Assembly: GCA_976551045.1 (NCBI GenBank)
Contig: CDPCPM010000375.1
Span: 868,001 to 932,000 of the forward strand
Length of the DNA: 64,000 nucleotides
Direction: 5' to 3'
From: Glaucostegus cemiculus
Lineage: Eukaryota
The position numbers and the translations under genes were made by a program. Positions 39,201 to 54,200 of the stretch are shown one piece after another. The notes under the pieces are model-generated. The model searched no databases. It was not told where the DNA came from and saw only the letters and a list, made by a program, of their open reading frames with translations. The number at the start of each line of letters is the position of its first letter. Positions within the stretch are counted from its first letter, which is position 1.

Positions 39201-42200
39201 GTAGTCATTGCCCCGGACTGCTTCAAGGAGGATCTGTCAGAGAAAGCATTACAATATCAGCAGGCAACAGCCTCAAATAGCATCATTTTAGCATCACCCT
39301 TTCAATTCACAGTGGCAAAGCAGAGGCACACACCAGCTCTCAACTCTTCACCAAACAAATCCAGAGAATACACACCTCAGTACCGTTTAAAATCTAACCA
39401 CATTACTCAAGTTATTCTCGCACAGAGACACGGAAAAAGGTAGGTCGCTACACTCTGCTTTATTGTTTATTTTCTATGAATTCCATGATTTAAAAGGAAC
39501 TCTCAACTAATATCCACGTAGCTTACCCGAGAGTCTCCAGAGAGGTCAAGGTCTACTTCTCCTTCCATCCATTGGTTTCCCTTATTTCCTGACTCAGACC
39601 ACTTCAGGACTGATGCCCCGCTTTCAACCTGGTAAACATTCAAAGCCATGCTTCGAGCTACTCCATACATATGGTACCAGAATCGCATGCAATGAGCTCC
39701 TCTCTTCGCACATGGAGCACTGACCAAATGGGCTCGGTCTCCTGGTCGCCCGTCATTGCCTTCAATGTAGATGTAGGAACCACCTGCGCATACCAGAAGG
39801 TTTATTAGTCAGACAGAAATCAGCTGCACAGTGGCTAGACGTCAATCTCACATCACTGACCTGCAGTGGTGTGGTCAAAAGGCGGTCCTGTGTTATATGA
39901 AGGTGTCGGCCCACTGATGCGTTTCCAGTCCAACGTATCGGTCTTGGATTGCGTCCACTGGCACAGGTCACCATCAAAGTTACAATCCCATGAACAACCT
40001 GTGGGTTTCATAAAGGCACATCATTTGTCTGAATGCACTCAACAACAGCTAGAAATCATTCCATATCTGCAATACCATACTATTCAATAAAGGCATTGAA
40101 AAGTGCGGCTCAGGAGTGTACTTTATGGGAGTTATTTGATCATTCTACACAACGACTCATCAGGACTAATTCTACAAATGAGGATGGGCTATTAACCAAC
40201 ACGTGCAGGGAAAGGAAGACACGTGACATTCTCTCTCATGGCGAGGCTGGCTGCTACGACAGACAGCTGAAAGTATGCAATGAGATGACAGTGCCAGTCT
40301 TCAGAGACATTCCTTCTGCTGCTATAGACAGCTTGAAGTACTTCCTTCTTCTTGCACCAAATTCTGGAAGGACAAAAAACTCCACATTTTTAAAGCTACA
40401 CTGACACTGAATTTTCCTTGAGGAGAAACAGTTGCCTGAGTAACTCTCATCCTCTCCCACCCCAACTGTTCTTCCCGACTGAGGCAATTCGGTACCCCCT
40501 TTACCACTCTCTTTCATTACAGCCTGATGCGGTCACAGAAATGTCAATCAAAGATGGCAAACCTAGCTTGTAACAGCAATTGAAACACTAAGACATCTTG
40601 AAATCCAACTTTCATAAATGGACGATAAAATGCATTGAACGAAAAGGCATTTGCACAACGCTCTGCAAAGAAATTCAGCTACAGCTGATTAAGACCGACA
40701 AGCTTATGTTTTCAAGTGGAAATGTGCTTTATCTATTAACTGGATTTCTCCACGTAACACATGCAGGAATAAAACACAGGAACAGAAGAAGATTTCAGAC
40801 TTACTTTTATCAATGCAGCCACTCTGCTGCCTCCAATCTCCCAGAACAACATCAGCTGCTTCACAAGCTGAAGCATAAGACTCCAGCGTGTTGCACATCT
40901 GAACTGAATCTCCGCCAGTCACGCAATGATCATAGACGCAGCTCTCAAAGTAGAGCTGAGGTGGGATATGCCAGTGGCACTCGTTAAATGGACCAGGGTT
41001 GGCCAAAATTATTTTGCAGTATCTCTCTGCCTCTTGGCTTGCTGCTGGATCGCACGGCGGTGGAACTGGAGCAGTTTGATTACACCTGTGCAACAGAAAC
41101 AATCTCTCACTTTTCTCAAATCAAAACTGTCTATCATCCCATTCAATCCCCTTCAAAGCGGGGATGGCTTGGCAGAAAAACCTAGCATGTCATCAAAATA
41201 GGCAGCAGTCAACATGATTCCATTACGCAACTGAAAAGACTGAAATGCATCCTGAAAACAACACTAGGAAAACCATTTCACTTCCTTCCTGTGTGCTGCT
41301 GTCATTCGAGAGAACAAGACACAAGGGTGGATTTGAATAGCTCCTTGAAATCTCTTCCTTGCCCCAACATTCCTTAACTTCAACCAACCTCCTCACTTTG
41401 CGTGACTTCTCACTCTCATGTCTGGAGAAACCTTAGCATCTGCCTTCACGGAAATAAGAGACAGAAATACTCACAGCCAATCGTCATCAGTAACCATCCA
41501 ACTGTTTCCAAACTGATTTGAATCCAAAGCTAGAATTCCATCAGGTTTCAAGAAGTCATCCAACTGGTCATTGGTGTAGGTCCCGCATAAGCCACACAGC
41601 TGTCCTTTGTATCTCTCATCCACAGTCACAACCAGTTGATGGTCTCCGTCAAACTTCACCTGAAGACCAAAGTTGGTCTGCAGCACCACATACGATCCTA
41701 CCAGTGACAGTCTTACCGAAGAACTGGCTCGCACTGGGAGCTCAACCCTCACTCCGTCAACCTGAGCAAAGCATTAGCGAGTTAGCCACTGTAAAATCAC
41801 AAACAACCCAGCTATCGCTCTACGTCATTTCAAGGCTGAAAATTAGACTCATCAGAGTATATCTTACTCACATAAACGTGCTTGTTTTTCCGCACTGCAA
41901 TGTGAAGCTTCTCCAGATGCACGCTAACCGAATTAAGGACAGTCCATCTTGGACTACCTCTGTGCTCGTTTCGACTCGTCACAGAAAATCGAACAGATGT
42001 GTTTCCACAAGTCTCAGTCACCGTATAATTGCAAGCACCCTGGAAGTGGTACAGCTTCCCATCAAACGTCGTATAGTGCGGGTCACCGTAGACGTGGCAA
42101 ATGGCAGTGTCCGCGCTGTAACATCCCAAATTGCCGCCCTGCACTTTGCAAATTTCCCCCGCTCCACAAGATCCTGCTTCGCACTCTATTCGGTCATTCC

Positions 42201-45200
42201 CAGTGCAGCGGCACCTCTCTCGACAGCCGTCTTCCCAGAACATTGCACCTTTCTGACACACGGACAGCAAGCATTAGTTTCAAAATTGCTGCATGCTCTG
42301 AAAGGAAGCAGAACCCTGCTCCCATACAAACCAAAGCCCACCTCAAACACTCCCAACTGACCTCGTAGTATTTGTCCTTGTGCATGCAGCCACAGTTCTC
42401 CACAGGCACACACGAGCTTCCACTCAGGACAAAGCCAACGTTACACTCACAGTCCTCCACACAAGGTTTACTGCAGTTAGCTGAAGCTAAACGGTCCGTG
42501 CAAGTGGCTGGACAAGCGCTGGCACATGCGTTGTAATGGCTGTTGGCTGGACACCTGACAGCTGAAAGCATACAAGCAGCAAAAACTTTGACACTTCAAC
42601 CAAAGAAACTTCACAGAAGGCAATTCTCTGACACAATGTCGTTCCATCCTCACATTGGCAAGTATTACACCAACTGCATTTGCACCTAACTCATACGTAC
42701 CACAGAAAGTGGAGTTCCTCCACGGCACGATGGTCACTCCTGCGCTTTGGCAGGCGTCTGCATAGATTTGCAGGGCATTACACAAAGCTCCTTGGTCTCC
42801 ATCCAACAAGCACAGTTCAACGACACAACTTTCAAAGCTCCCGTGGGCGTTGATTACAGAGTGGCAGTTTACAAATGGCCCCTGCTGACTGGTGATCAGA
42901 CCACAGAAATCATTACTTTGGTAGCGCTCCTCCTCAGCCGGCTCACACACTTCTGGCTCGACCGGGTCACAACCTGGCTCGTCAGGTGGCACCTTCCAGC
43001 TATTTCCCAGCTCGTTGGAATCTTTAGCTTGCTCTCCGTCAGGTTTCATGTAATCGTCCTTTCTCATCCCATTGTAGTTACCGCACATACCGCAAGTCTG
43101 ATTAAAGTACGTGCTCGGCACCTTCACTTCCACTGAATGATCAGTGTCGTAAGAAACCGACAGGCCAAAGTCAGTGGACAGGACCACGTATCTTCCGCTC
43201 CTACTCACACTCACGCCACCCTCAGCGAGCCGAACAGGTAAGGTCGCCCACACTTCATCCACCTGAGCACGAGAGCAAACACTGTATCAGGCAGCAATCT
43301 TCCTGCCACACCACGGCAACCATTCGCTCCCCGCACCATTCACGCTCTAGCAGCAATCCAAGCAACCGGCATTTCACCACTGTGCACGCCTAATTAGACG
43401 AGGCGTCACATGTATGGACATTCAGATCCGTTCAGACCACTCGCTTCAGCTTGCCATGAAAACTGGCAATGCCACTTCAGCTCAACTCACTTCCAATGCA
43501 CTGCATCATAAATTCTTAGTCACTCACATCTTCAACTGCAAACAAAAGGCTTTACCGAAGCAATGATTCCAAATAAGATGATTGGCAGAAAGGGCTGTAC
43601 TTTAGCAGACTTAGACTTACAGTACAAGACTTACCAACACGCGGTGACGTTCCATCTTCACCAGCCAAACCCTGTGGCCGTGAACAGCAACCTGAACTCT
43701 CTGAACGTAAGAGACTTTAGCGTTGCCACGATTTTCATTCTTCGCTTCAATGTTGAAGGGTGCAAGGGAGGACGAATTTCCACACAGCTTGGCTATGGTG
43801 TAGGTACAGCTACCCATAAAATGGAGCGTCGCTTTGTCAAACGTGTTGTAATGCGGATCGTTGTGCACTCTGCAGATACCATATGTATATGGGTAGCAAC
43901 CAGGAACGCCGTTCACAACTCCACAGTGGGAATCTGGAGCACACGCTGAATCCCGGCACACCACTTTACTGCCTGCCGAAGGACAGCTACATTTTCTTGA
44001 GCAGGTATCATCTGTCCAGAATTCAGAGCCCACTGGGTAGTGCTTTCCTTCTGACCAGCAACCGCACTCATGTCTTGGCACACATCGGTCGTTGTACAAG
44101 ACGTAACCACTGTCACATACACAGCCTTCCACGCATGGCTGCAAGCAGCTGGACGGAGCACCTGGACTCACGCAAGTAGCTGGGCAAGCTGAGCCACACT
44201 GCTCATAATGACTATTCGCTCCACATTGTAGGGCTGTGAACGGAATCCACAAGGTTACACGTTACTTTCATCCGCAATTCCTTCCGCCGACACGCAACTC
44301 AAAACTCATCGCTCAATCTCTTCTGGTTGCTCTCTATCTCCACTAAGTGTTTCATTGAATGATCTAGCAGTGTACTCTCAAGCACTTACGGCAAAAGCTC
44401 TCATTCCTCCAGGCTTCCACTCTCGCTCCCTCGGATTGGCATGCATCTCCATAGGACTCCAAACTACTGCACAGAGACTCCGGCTCCACGCCTAACGCAC
44501 AAAGGTCGTACACGCAGTCACCAAAATAAACTTCCGGATCGACCTTGGAATGGCACTCTTTGAAAGGACCCTGTGCATCCGTTATTATTCCACAGTAATA
44601 TTTACTTTCTATCATGTGCCTTTCATCCTTCGTGCAATTTGGTCTGATGCCCACGTCAGGAGTACACCTGCAAAAGCAGCAGCATGCCAAATGAGAAATA
44701 CTTCAAGCTATATCAAATCTCTGCAAGCAAATGATACAAATAGCACACTTTTCAAAGGAACGGAAATATTACCAACAGCTTGGTTACAAGTGTACCTTGT
44801 GTCATTGTTAGACTGCCAACTGTTGCCCAAGCTGACCGAATCAGGCTCCATTATTCCATCCGGGTTCAGGAAATCATCTCCTCTGTCTCCATTATAGTTT
44901 CCACACATGCCACACACCTTGCCTTTGAAGAGACTAGGGAGAGTCACCTCAGCTCGATGCCTGCCATTGAACTTCACTCCCAATCCAAAACTGGTGGTAA
45001 TGACGACATACTGCCCAGTCAGAGCCACCGCAACGTCTGAGCTGACTGACACAGGGAGCACTGCCACTTCCCCATCAACCTGCAAACATACGGATCACTC
45101 GTCAATTCACTCTTCTGCCATCACACACTTCAATACACCTCATCAAGACACTTACCGCATCAAAGTCTTACCTTTACCACACGCCCCTTTCCTAGCGTGA

Positions 45201-48200
45201 TTCTGTGATTGTAAACATCAACGTTGACTTGTCTGACGTAAGACACGTAGGGATTTCCTGACCTGTGCTCATTTGCAGCTTCAACATTGAAAGAGGGCAG
45301 ACCGCTGCTGCTGCTGCACAGCTTTGATAAGGTATATGTGCATGTTCCCATAAAGTCGTGAGCTTGCTTATCAAAGGTCATGTAGTGCGGATCTCCTTGC
45401 ACTGTGCAGGACGATTCTAAATGCAGTAAAACAAAGATCAATTGGTCGAATGTCAGTAAAGCACATACAGGCCACTTACAACACTACCAGGAATTATTTG
45501 GTTTTCTTTACAAATGGGCCTCAGGGGAGAATTAATTCAAGTCTACATAATCATTGTTGCATTAGGATCTCAATATGCAGCTGGCATCTTCCTCACTACA
45601 GACAGATTTTAAGGAACTGGCAGAAGGAATAGACGGGAACTACAAGAAGATATTTCACCCACAGAGTGGACCTCGGTGCTTTGCAACGCAACAACTTAAA
45701 AGAAATGGTCCATGCCAACACAATCCCACAACAACCTTCATATGTGACCACATATTCAGGTGAACTGGCTTAAGCCAGAAGGTTGCAGACTGAAAACTGG
45801 AACAAGCAAAATACAGCCAACTGCTTCTTTGGCATGTCCACGATGGCCTGAGAGGCCTCCTTCTAGCACCTGAATTTCTACCATTCTGCAAGTCTCCAAT
45901 CTAAAACAGCACCACGAAGATCCCACATCACACGTACATTCTATTCCTTTACCTGTATTGTCAGGCATCACGGCTGTAGTTGAGATGCTTATTGTGGGTG
46001 GTGTTCCACAAACCTCTGCAGAAATAAGATAGTCCAGACTCAGGACAATTTAACTTTTATACCATAAACACATCGCGTCACACTTGCAGCCTACCGAAGC
46101 ATGCAAAACCAAAAGAGAACCACAGTTTTACAGGAGAAATACCAACCTCCTGAACTAAAACCAATGCCGGCGTGGGCATTGTCTACATTTAAGAAATACA
46201 GTCAAAGGAGCCACCACATATTTCACACCAACCTCCACAACATCCTACGTGCAAGGAAATGTCATCCACAGCAACATCACTCCGGTAGTCATTGCCCCGG
46301 ACTGCTTCAAGGAGGATCTGTCAGAGAAAGCATTACAATTTCAGCAGGCAACAGCCTCAAATAGCATCATTTTAGCATCACCCTTTCAATTCACAGTGGC
46401 AACGCAGAGGCACACACCAGCTCTCAACTCTTCACCAAACAAATCCAGAGAATACACACCTCAGTACCGTTGAAAATCTAACCACAGTACTCAAGTTATT
46501 CTCGCACAGAGACACGGAAAAAGGTAGGTCGCTACACTCTGCTTTACTGTTTATTTTCTATGAATTCCATGATTTAAAAGGAACTCTCAACTAATATCCA
46601 CGTAGCTTACCCGAGAGTCTCCAGAGAGGTCAAGGTCTACTTCTCCTTCCATCCATTGGTTTCCCTTATTTCCTGACTCAGACCACTTCAGGACTGATGC
46701 CCCGCTTTCAACCTGGTAAACATTCAAAGCCATGCTTCGAGCTACTCCATACATATGGTACCAGAATCGCATGCAATGAGCTCCCCTCTTCGCACATGGA
46801 GCACTGACCAAATGGGCTCGGTCTCCTGGTCGCCCGTCATTGCCTTCAATGTAGATGTAGGAACCACCTGCGCATACCAGAAGGTTTATTAGTCAGACAG
46901 AAATCAGCTGCACAGTGGCTAGACGTCAATCTCACATCACTGACCTGCAGTGGTGTGGTCAAAAGGCGGTCCTGTGTTATATGAAGGTGTCGGCCCACTG
47001 ATGCGTTTCCAGTCCAACGTATCGGTCTTGGATTGCGTCCACTGGCACAGGTCACCATCAAAGTTACAATCCCATGAACAACCTGTGGGTTTCATAAAGG
47101 CACATCATTTGTCTGAATGCACTCAACAACAGCTAGAAATCATTCCATATCTGCAATACCATACTATTCAATAAAGGCATTGAAAAGTGCGGCTCAGGAG
47201 TGTACTTTATGGGAGTTATTTGATCATTCTACACAACGACTCATCAGGACTAATTCTACAAATGAGGATAGGCTATTAACCAACACGTGCAGGGAAAGGA
47301 AGACACATGACATTCCCTCTCATGAGGAGGCTGGCTGCTACGACAGACAGCTGAAAGTATGCAATGAGATGACAGTGCCAGTCTTCAGAGACATTCCTTC
47401 TGCTGCTATAGACAGCTTGAAGTACTTCCTTCTTCTTGCACCAAATTCTGGAAGGACAAAAAACTCCAAATTTTCAAAGCTACACTGACACTGAATTTTC
47501 CTTGAGGAGAAACAGTTGCCTGAGTAACTCTCATCCTCTCCCACCCCAACTGTTCTTCCCGACTGAGGCAATTCGGTACCCCCTTTACCACTTTCTTTCA
47601 TTACAGCCTGACGCGGTCACAGAAATATCAATCAAAGATGGCAAACCTAGCTTGTAACAGCAATTGAAACACTAAGACATCTTGAAATCCAACTTTCATA
47701 AATGGACGATAAAATGCATTGAACGTAAAGGCATTTGCACAACGCTCTGCAAAGAAATTCAGCTACAGCTGATTAACACCGACAAGCTTGTGTTTTCAAG
47801 TGAAAATGTGCTTTATCTATTAACTTTATCTATTAACACATGCAGGAATAAAACACAGGAACAGAAGAAGATTTCAGACTTACTTGTATCAATGCAGCCA
47901 CTCTGCTGCCTCCAATCTCCCAGAACAACATCAGCTGCTTCACAAGCTGAAGCATAAGACTCCAGCGTGTTGCACATCTGAACTGAATCTCCGCCAGTCA
48001 CGCAATGATCATAGACGCAGCTCTCAAAGTAGAGCTGAGGTGGGATATGCCAGTGGCACTCGTTAAATGGACCAGGGTTGGCCAAAATTATTTTGCAGTA
48101 TCTCTCTGCCTCTTGGCTTGCTGCTGGATCGCACGGCGGTGGAACTGGAGCAGTTTGATTACACCTGTGCAACAGAAACAATCTCTCACTTTTCTCAAAT

Positions 48201-51200
48201 AAAAACTGTCTATCATCCCATTCAATCCCCTTCAAAGCGGGGATGGCTTGGCAGAAAAACCTAGCATGTCATCAAAATAGGCAGCAGTCAACATGATTCC
48301 ATTACGCAACTGAAAAGACTGAAATGCATCCTGAAAACAACACTAGGAAAACCATTTCACTTCCTTCCTGTGTGCTGCTGTCATTCGAGAGAACAAGACA
48401 CAAGGGTGGATTTGAATAGCTCCTTGAAATCTCTTCCTTGCCCCAACATTCCTTAACTTCAACCAACCTCCTCACTTTGCGTGACTTCTCACTCTCATGT
48501 CTGGAGAAACCTTAGCATCTGCCTTCACGGAAATAAGAGACAGAAATACTCACAGCCAATCGTCATCAGTAACCATCCAACTGTTTCCAAACTGATTTGA
48601 ATCCAAAGCTAGAATTCCATCAGGTTTCAAGAAGTCATCCAACTGGTCATTGGTGTAGGTCCCGCATAAGCCACACAGCTGTCCTTTGTATCTCTCATCC
48701 ACAGTCACAACCAGTTGATGGTCTCCGTCAAACTTCACCTGAAGACCAAAGTTGGTCTGCAGCACCACATACGATCCTACCAGTGACAGTCTTACCGAAG
48801 AACTGGCTCGCACTGGGAGCTCAACCCTCACTCCGTCAACCTGAGCAAAGCATTAGCGAGTTAGCCACTGTAAAATCACAAACAACCCAGCTATCGCTCT
48901 ACGTCATTTCAAGGCTGAAAATTAGACTCATCAGAGTATATCTTACTCACATAAACGTGCTTGTTTTTCCGCACTGCAATGTGAAGCTTCTCCAGATGCA
49001 CGCTAACCGAATTAAGGACAGTCCATCTTGGACTACCTCTGTGCTCGTTTCGACTCGTCACAGAAAATCGAACAGATGTGTTTCCACAAGTCTCAGTCAC
49101 CGTATAATTGCAAGCACCCTGGAAGTGGTACAGCTTCCCATCAAACGTCGTATAGTGCGGGTCACCGTAGACGTGGCAAATGGCAGTGTCCGCGCTGTAA
49201 CATCCCAAATTGCCGCCCTGCACTTTGCAAATTTCCCCCGCTCCACAAGATCCTGCTTCGCACTCTATTCGGTCATTCCCAGTGCAGCGGCACCTCTCTC
49301 GACAGCCGTCTTCCCAGAACATTGCACCTTTCTGACACACGGACAGCAAGCATTAGTTTCAAAATTGCTGCATGCTCTGAAAGGAAGCAGAACCCTGCTC
49401 CCATACAAACCAAAGCCCACCTCAAACACTCCCAACTGACCTCGTAGTATTTGTCCTTGTGCATGCAGCCACAGTTCTCCACAGGCACACACGAGCTTCC
49501 ACTCAGGACAAAGCCAACGTTACACTCACAGTCCTCCACACAAGGTTTACTGCAGTTAGCTGAAGCTAAACGGTCCGTGCAAGTGGCTGGACAAGCGCTG
49601 GCACATGCGTTGTAATGGCTGTTGGCTGGACACCTGACAGCTGAAAGCACACAAGCAGCAAAAACTTTGACACTTCAACCAAAGAAACTTCACAGAAGGC
49701 AATTCTCTGACACAATGTCGTACCATCCTCACATTGGCAAGTATTACACCAACTGCATTTGCACCACAGTACCACATACGTACCACAGAAAGTGGAGTTC
49801 CTCCACGGCACGATGGTCACTCCTGCGCTTTGGCAGGCGTCTGCATAGATTTGCAGGGCATTACACAAAGCTCCTTGGTCTCCATCCAACAAGCACAGTT
49901 CAACGACACAACTTTCAAAGCTCCCGTGGGCGTTGATTACAGAGTGGCAGTTTACAAATGGCCCCTGCTGACTGGTGATCAGACCACAGAAATCATTACT
50001 TTGGTAGCGCTCCTCCTCAGCCGGCTCACACACTTCTGGCTCGACCGGGTCACAACCTGGCTCGTCAGGTGGCACCTTCCAGCTATTTCCCAGCTCGTTG
50101 GAATCTTTAGCTTGCTCTCCGTCAGGTTTCATGTAATCGTCCTTTCTCATCCCATTGTAGTTACCGCACATACCGCAAGTCTGATTAAAGTACGTGCTCG
50201 GCACCTTCACTTCCACTGAATGATCAGTGTCGTAAGAAACCGACAGGCCAAAGTCAGTGGACAGGACCACGTATCTTCCGCTCCTACTCACACTCACGCC
50301 ACCCTCAGCGAGCCGAACAGGTAAGGTCGCCCACACTTCATCCACCTGAGCACGAGAGCAAACACTGTATCAGGCAGCAATCTTCCTGCCACACCACGGC
50401 AACCATTCGCTCCCCGCACCATTCACGCTCCAGCAGCAATCCAAGCAACCGGCATTTCACCACTGTGCACGCCTAATTAGACGAGGCGTCACATGTATGG
50501 ACATTCAGATCCGTTCAGACCACTCGCTTCAGCTTGCCATGAAAACTGGCAATGCCACTTCAGCTCAACTCACTTCCAATGCACTGCATCATAAATTCTT
50601 AGTCACTCACATCTTCAACTGCAAACAAAAGGCTTTACCGAAGCAATGATTCCAAATAAGATGATTGGCAGAAAGGGCTGTACTTTAGCAGACTTAGACT
50701 TACAGTACAAGACTTACCAACACGCGGTGACGTTCCATCTTCACCAGCCAAACCCTGTGGCCGTGAACAGCAACCTGAACTCTCTGAACGTAAGAGACTT
50801 TAGCGTTGCCACGATTTTCATTCTTCGCTTCAATGTTGAAGGGTGCAAGGGAGGACGAATTTCCACACAGCTTGGCTATGGTGTAGGTACAGCTACCCAT
50901 AAAATGGAGCGTCGCTTTGTCAAACGTGTTGTAATGCGGATCGTTGTGCACTCTGCAGATACCATATGTATATGGGTAGCAACCAGGAACGCCGTTCACA
51001 ACTCCACAGTGGGAATCTGGAGCACACGCTGAATCCCGGCACACCACTTTACTGCCTGCCGAAGGACAGCTACATTTTCTTGAGCAGGTATCATCTGTCC
51101 AGAATTCAGAGCCCACTGGGTAGTGCTTTCCTTCTGACCAGCAACCGCACTCATGTCTTGGCACACATCGGTCGTTGTACAAGACGTAACCACTGTCACA

Positions 51201-54200
51201 TACACAGCCTTCCACGCATGGCTGCAAGCAGCTGGACGGAGCACCTGGACTCACGCAAGTAGCTGGGCAAGCTGAGCCACACTGCTCATAATGACTATTC
51301 GCTCCACATTGTAGGGCTGTGAACGGAATCCACAAGGTTACACGTTACTTTCATCCGCAATTCCTTCCGCCGACACGCAACTCAAAACTCATCGCTCAAT
51401 CTCTTCTGGTTGCTCTCTATCTCCACTAAGTGTTTCATTGAATGATCTAGCAGTGTACTCTCAAGCACTTACGGCAAAAGCTCTCATTCCTCCAGGCTTC
51501 CACTCTCGCTCCCTCGGATTGGCATGCATCTCCATAGGACTCCAAACTACTGCACAGAGACTCCGGCTCCACGCCTAACGCACAAAGGTCGTACACGCAG
51601 TCACCAAAATAAACTTCCGGATCGACCTTGGAATGGCACTCTTTGAAAGGACCCTGTGCATCCGTTATTATTCCACAGTAATATTTACTTTCTATCATGT
51701 GCCTTTCATCCTTCGTGCAATTTGGTCTGATGCCCACGTCAGGAGTACACCTGCAAAAGCAGCAGCATGCCAAATGAGAAATACTTCAAGCTATATCAAA
51801 TCTCTGCAAGCAAATGATACAAATAGCACACTTTTCAAAGGAACGGAAATATTACCAACAGCTTGGTTACAAGTGTACCTTGTGTCATTGTTAGACTGCC
51901 AACTGTTGCCCAAGCTGACCGAATCAGGCTCCATTATTCCATCCGGGTTCAGGAAATCATCTCCTCTGTCTCCATTATAGTTTCCACACATGCCACACAC
52001 CTTGCCTTTGAAGAGACTAGGGAGAGTCACCTCAGCTCGATGCCTGCCATTGAACTTCACTCCCAATCCAAAACTGGTGGTAATGACGACATACTGCCCA
52101 GTCAGAGCCACCGCAACGTCTGAGCTGACTGACACAGGGAGCACTGCCACTTCCCCATCAACCTGCAAACATACGGATCACTCGTCAATTCACTCTTCTG
52201 CCATCACACACTTCAATACACCTCATCAAGACACTTACCGCATCAAAGTCTTACCTTTACCACACGCCCCTTTCCTAGCGTGATTCTGTGATTGTAAACA
52301 TCAACGTTGACTTGTCTGACGTAAGACACGTAGGGATTTCCTGACCTGTGCTCATTTGCAGCTTCAACATTGAAAGAGGGCAGACCGCTGCTGCTGCTGC
52401 ACAGCTTTGATAAGGTATATGTGCATGTTCCCATAAAGTCGTGAGCTTGCTTATCAAAGGTCATGTAGTGCGGATCTCCTTGCACTGTGCAGGACGATTC
52501 TAAATGCAGTAAAACAAAGATCAATTGGTCGAATGTCAGTAAAGCACATACAGGCCACTTACAACACTACCAGGAATTATTTGGTTTTCTTTACAAATGG
52601 GCCTCAGGGGAGAATTAATTCAAGTCTACATAATCATTGTTGCATTAGGATCTCAATCCGCAGCTGGCATCTTCCTCACTACAGACAGATTTTAAGGAAC
52701 TGGCAGAAGGAATAGACGCGAACTACAAGAAGATATTTCACCCACAGAGTGGACCTCGGTGCTTTGCAACGCAACAACTTAAAAGAAATGGTCCATGCCA
52801 ACACAATCCCACAACAACCTTCATATGTGACCACATATTCAGGTGAACTGGCTTAAGCCAGAAGGTTGCAGACTGAAAACTGGAACAAGCAAAATAAAGC
52901 CAACTGCTTCTTTGGCATGTCCACGATGGCCTGAGAGGCCTCCTTCTAGCACCTGAATTTCTACCATTCTGCAAGTCTCCAATCTAAAACAGCACCACGA
53001 AGATCCCACATCACACGTACATTCTATTCCTTTACCTGTATTGTCAGGCATCACGGCTGTAGTTGAGATGCTTATTGTGGGTGGTGTTCCACAAACCTCT
53101 GCAGAAATAAGATAGTCCAGACTCAGGACAATTTAACTTTTATACCATAAACACATCGCGTCACACTTGCAGCCTACCGAAGCATGCAAAACCAAAAGAG
53201 AACCACAGTTTTACAGGAGAAATACCAACCTCCTGAACTAAAACCAATGCCGGCGTGGGCATTGTCTACATTTAAGAAATACAGTCAAAGGAGCCACCAC
53301 ATATTTCACACCAACCTCCACAACATCCTACGTGCAAGGAAATGTCATCCACAGCAACATCACTCCGGTAGTCATTGCCCCGGACTGCTTCAAGGAGGAT
53401 CTGTCAGAGAAAGCATTACAATATCAGCAGGCAACAGCCTCAAATAGCATCATTTTAGCATCACCCTTTCAATTCACAGTGGCAACGCAGAGGCACACAC
53501 CAGCTCTCAACTCTTCACCAAACAAATCCAGAGAATACACACCTCAGTACCGTTGAAAATCTAACCACAGTACTCAAGTTATTCTCGCACAGAGACACGG
53601 AAAAAGGTAGGTCGCTACACTCTGCTTTACTGTTTATTTTCTATGAATTCCATGATTTAAAAGGAACTCTCAACTAATATCCACGTAGCTTACCCGAGAG
53701 TCTCCAGAGAGGTCAAGGTCTACTTCTCCTTCCATCCATTGGTTTCCCTTATTTCCTGACTCAGACCACTTCAGGACTGATGCCCCGCTTTCAACCTGGT
53801 AAACATTCAAAGCCATGCTTCGAGCTACTCCATACATATGGTACCAGAATCGCATGCAATGAGCTCCCCTCTTCGCACATGGAGCACTGACCAAATGGGC
53901 TCGGTCTCCTGGTCGCCCGTCATTGCCTTCAATGTAGATGTAGGAACCACCTGCGCATACCAGAAGGTTTATTAGTCAGACAGAAATCAGCTGCACAGTG
54001 GCTAGACGTCAATCTCACATCACTGACCTGCAGTGGTGTGGTCAAAAGGCGGTCCTGTGTTATATGAAGGTGTCGGCCCACTGATGCGTTTCCAGTCCAA
54101 CGTATCGGTCTTGGATTGCGTCCACTGGCACAGGTCACCATCAAAGTTACAATCCCATGAACAACCTGTGGGTTTCATAAAGGCACATCATTTGTCTGAA

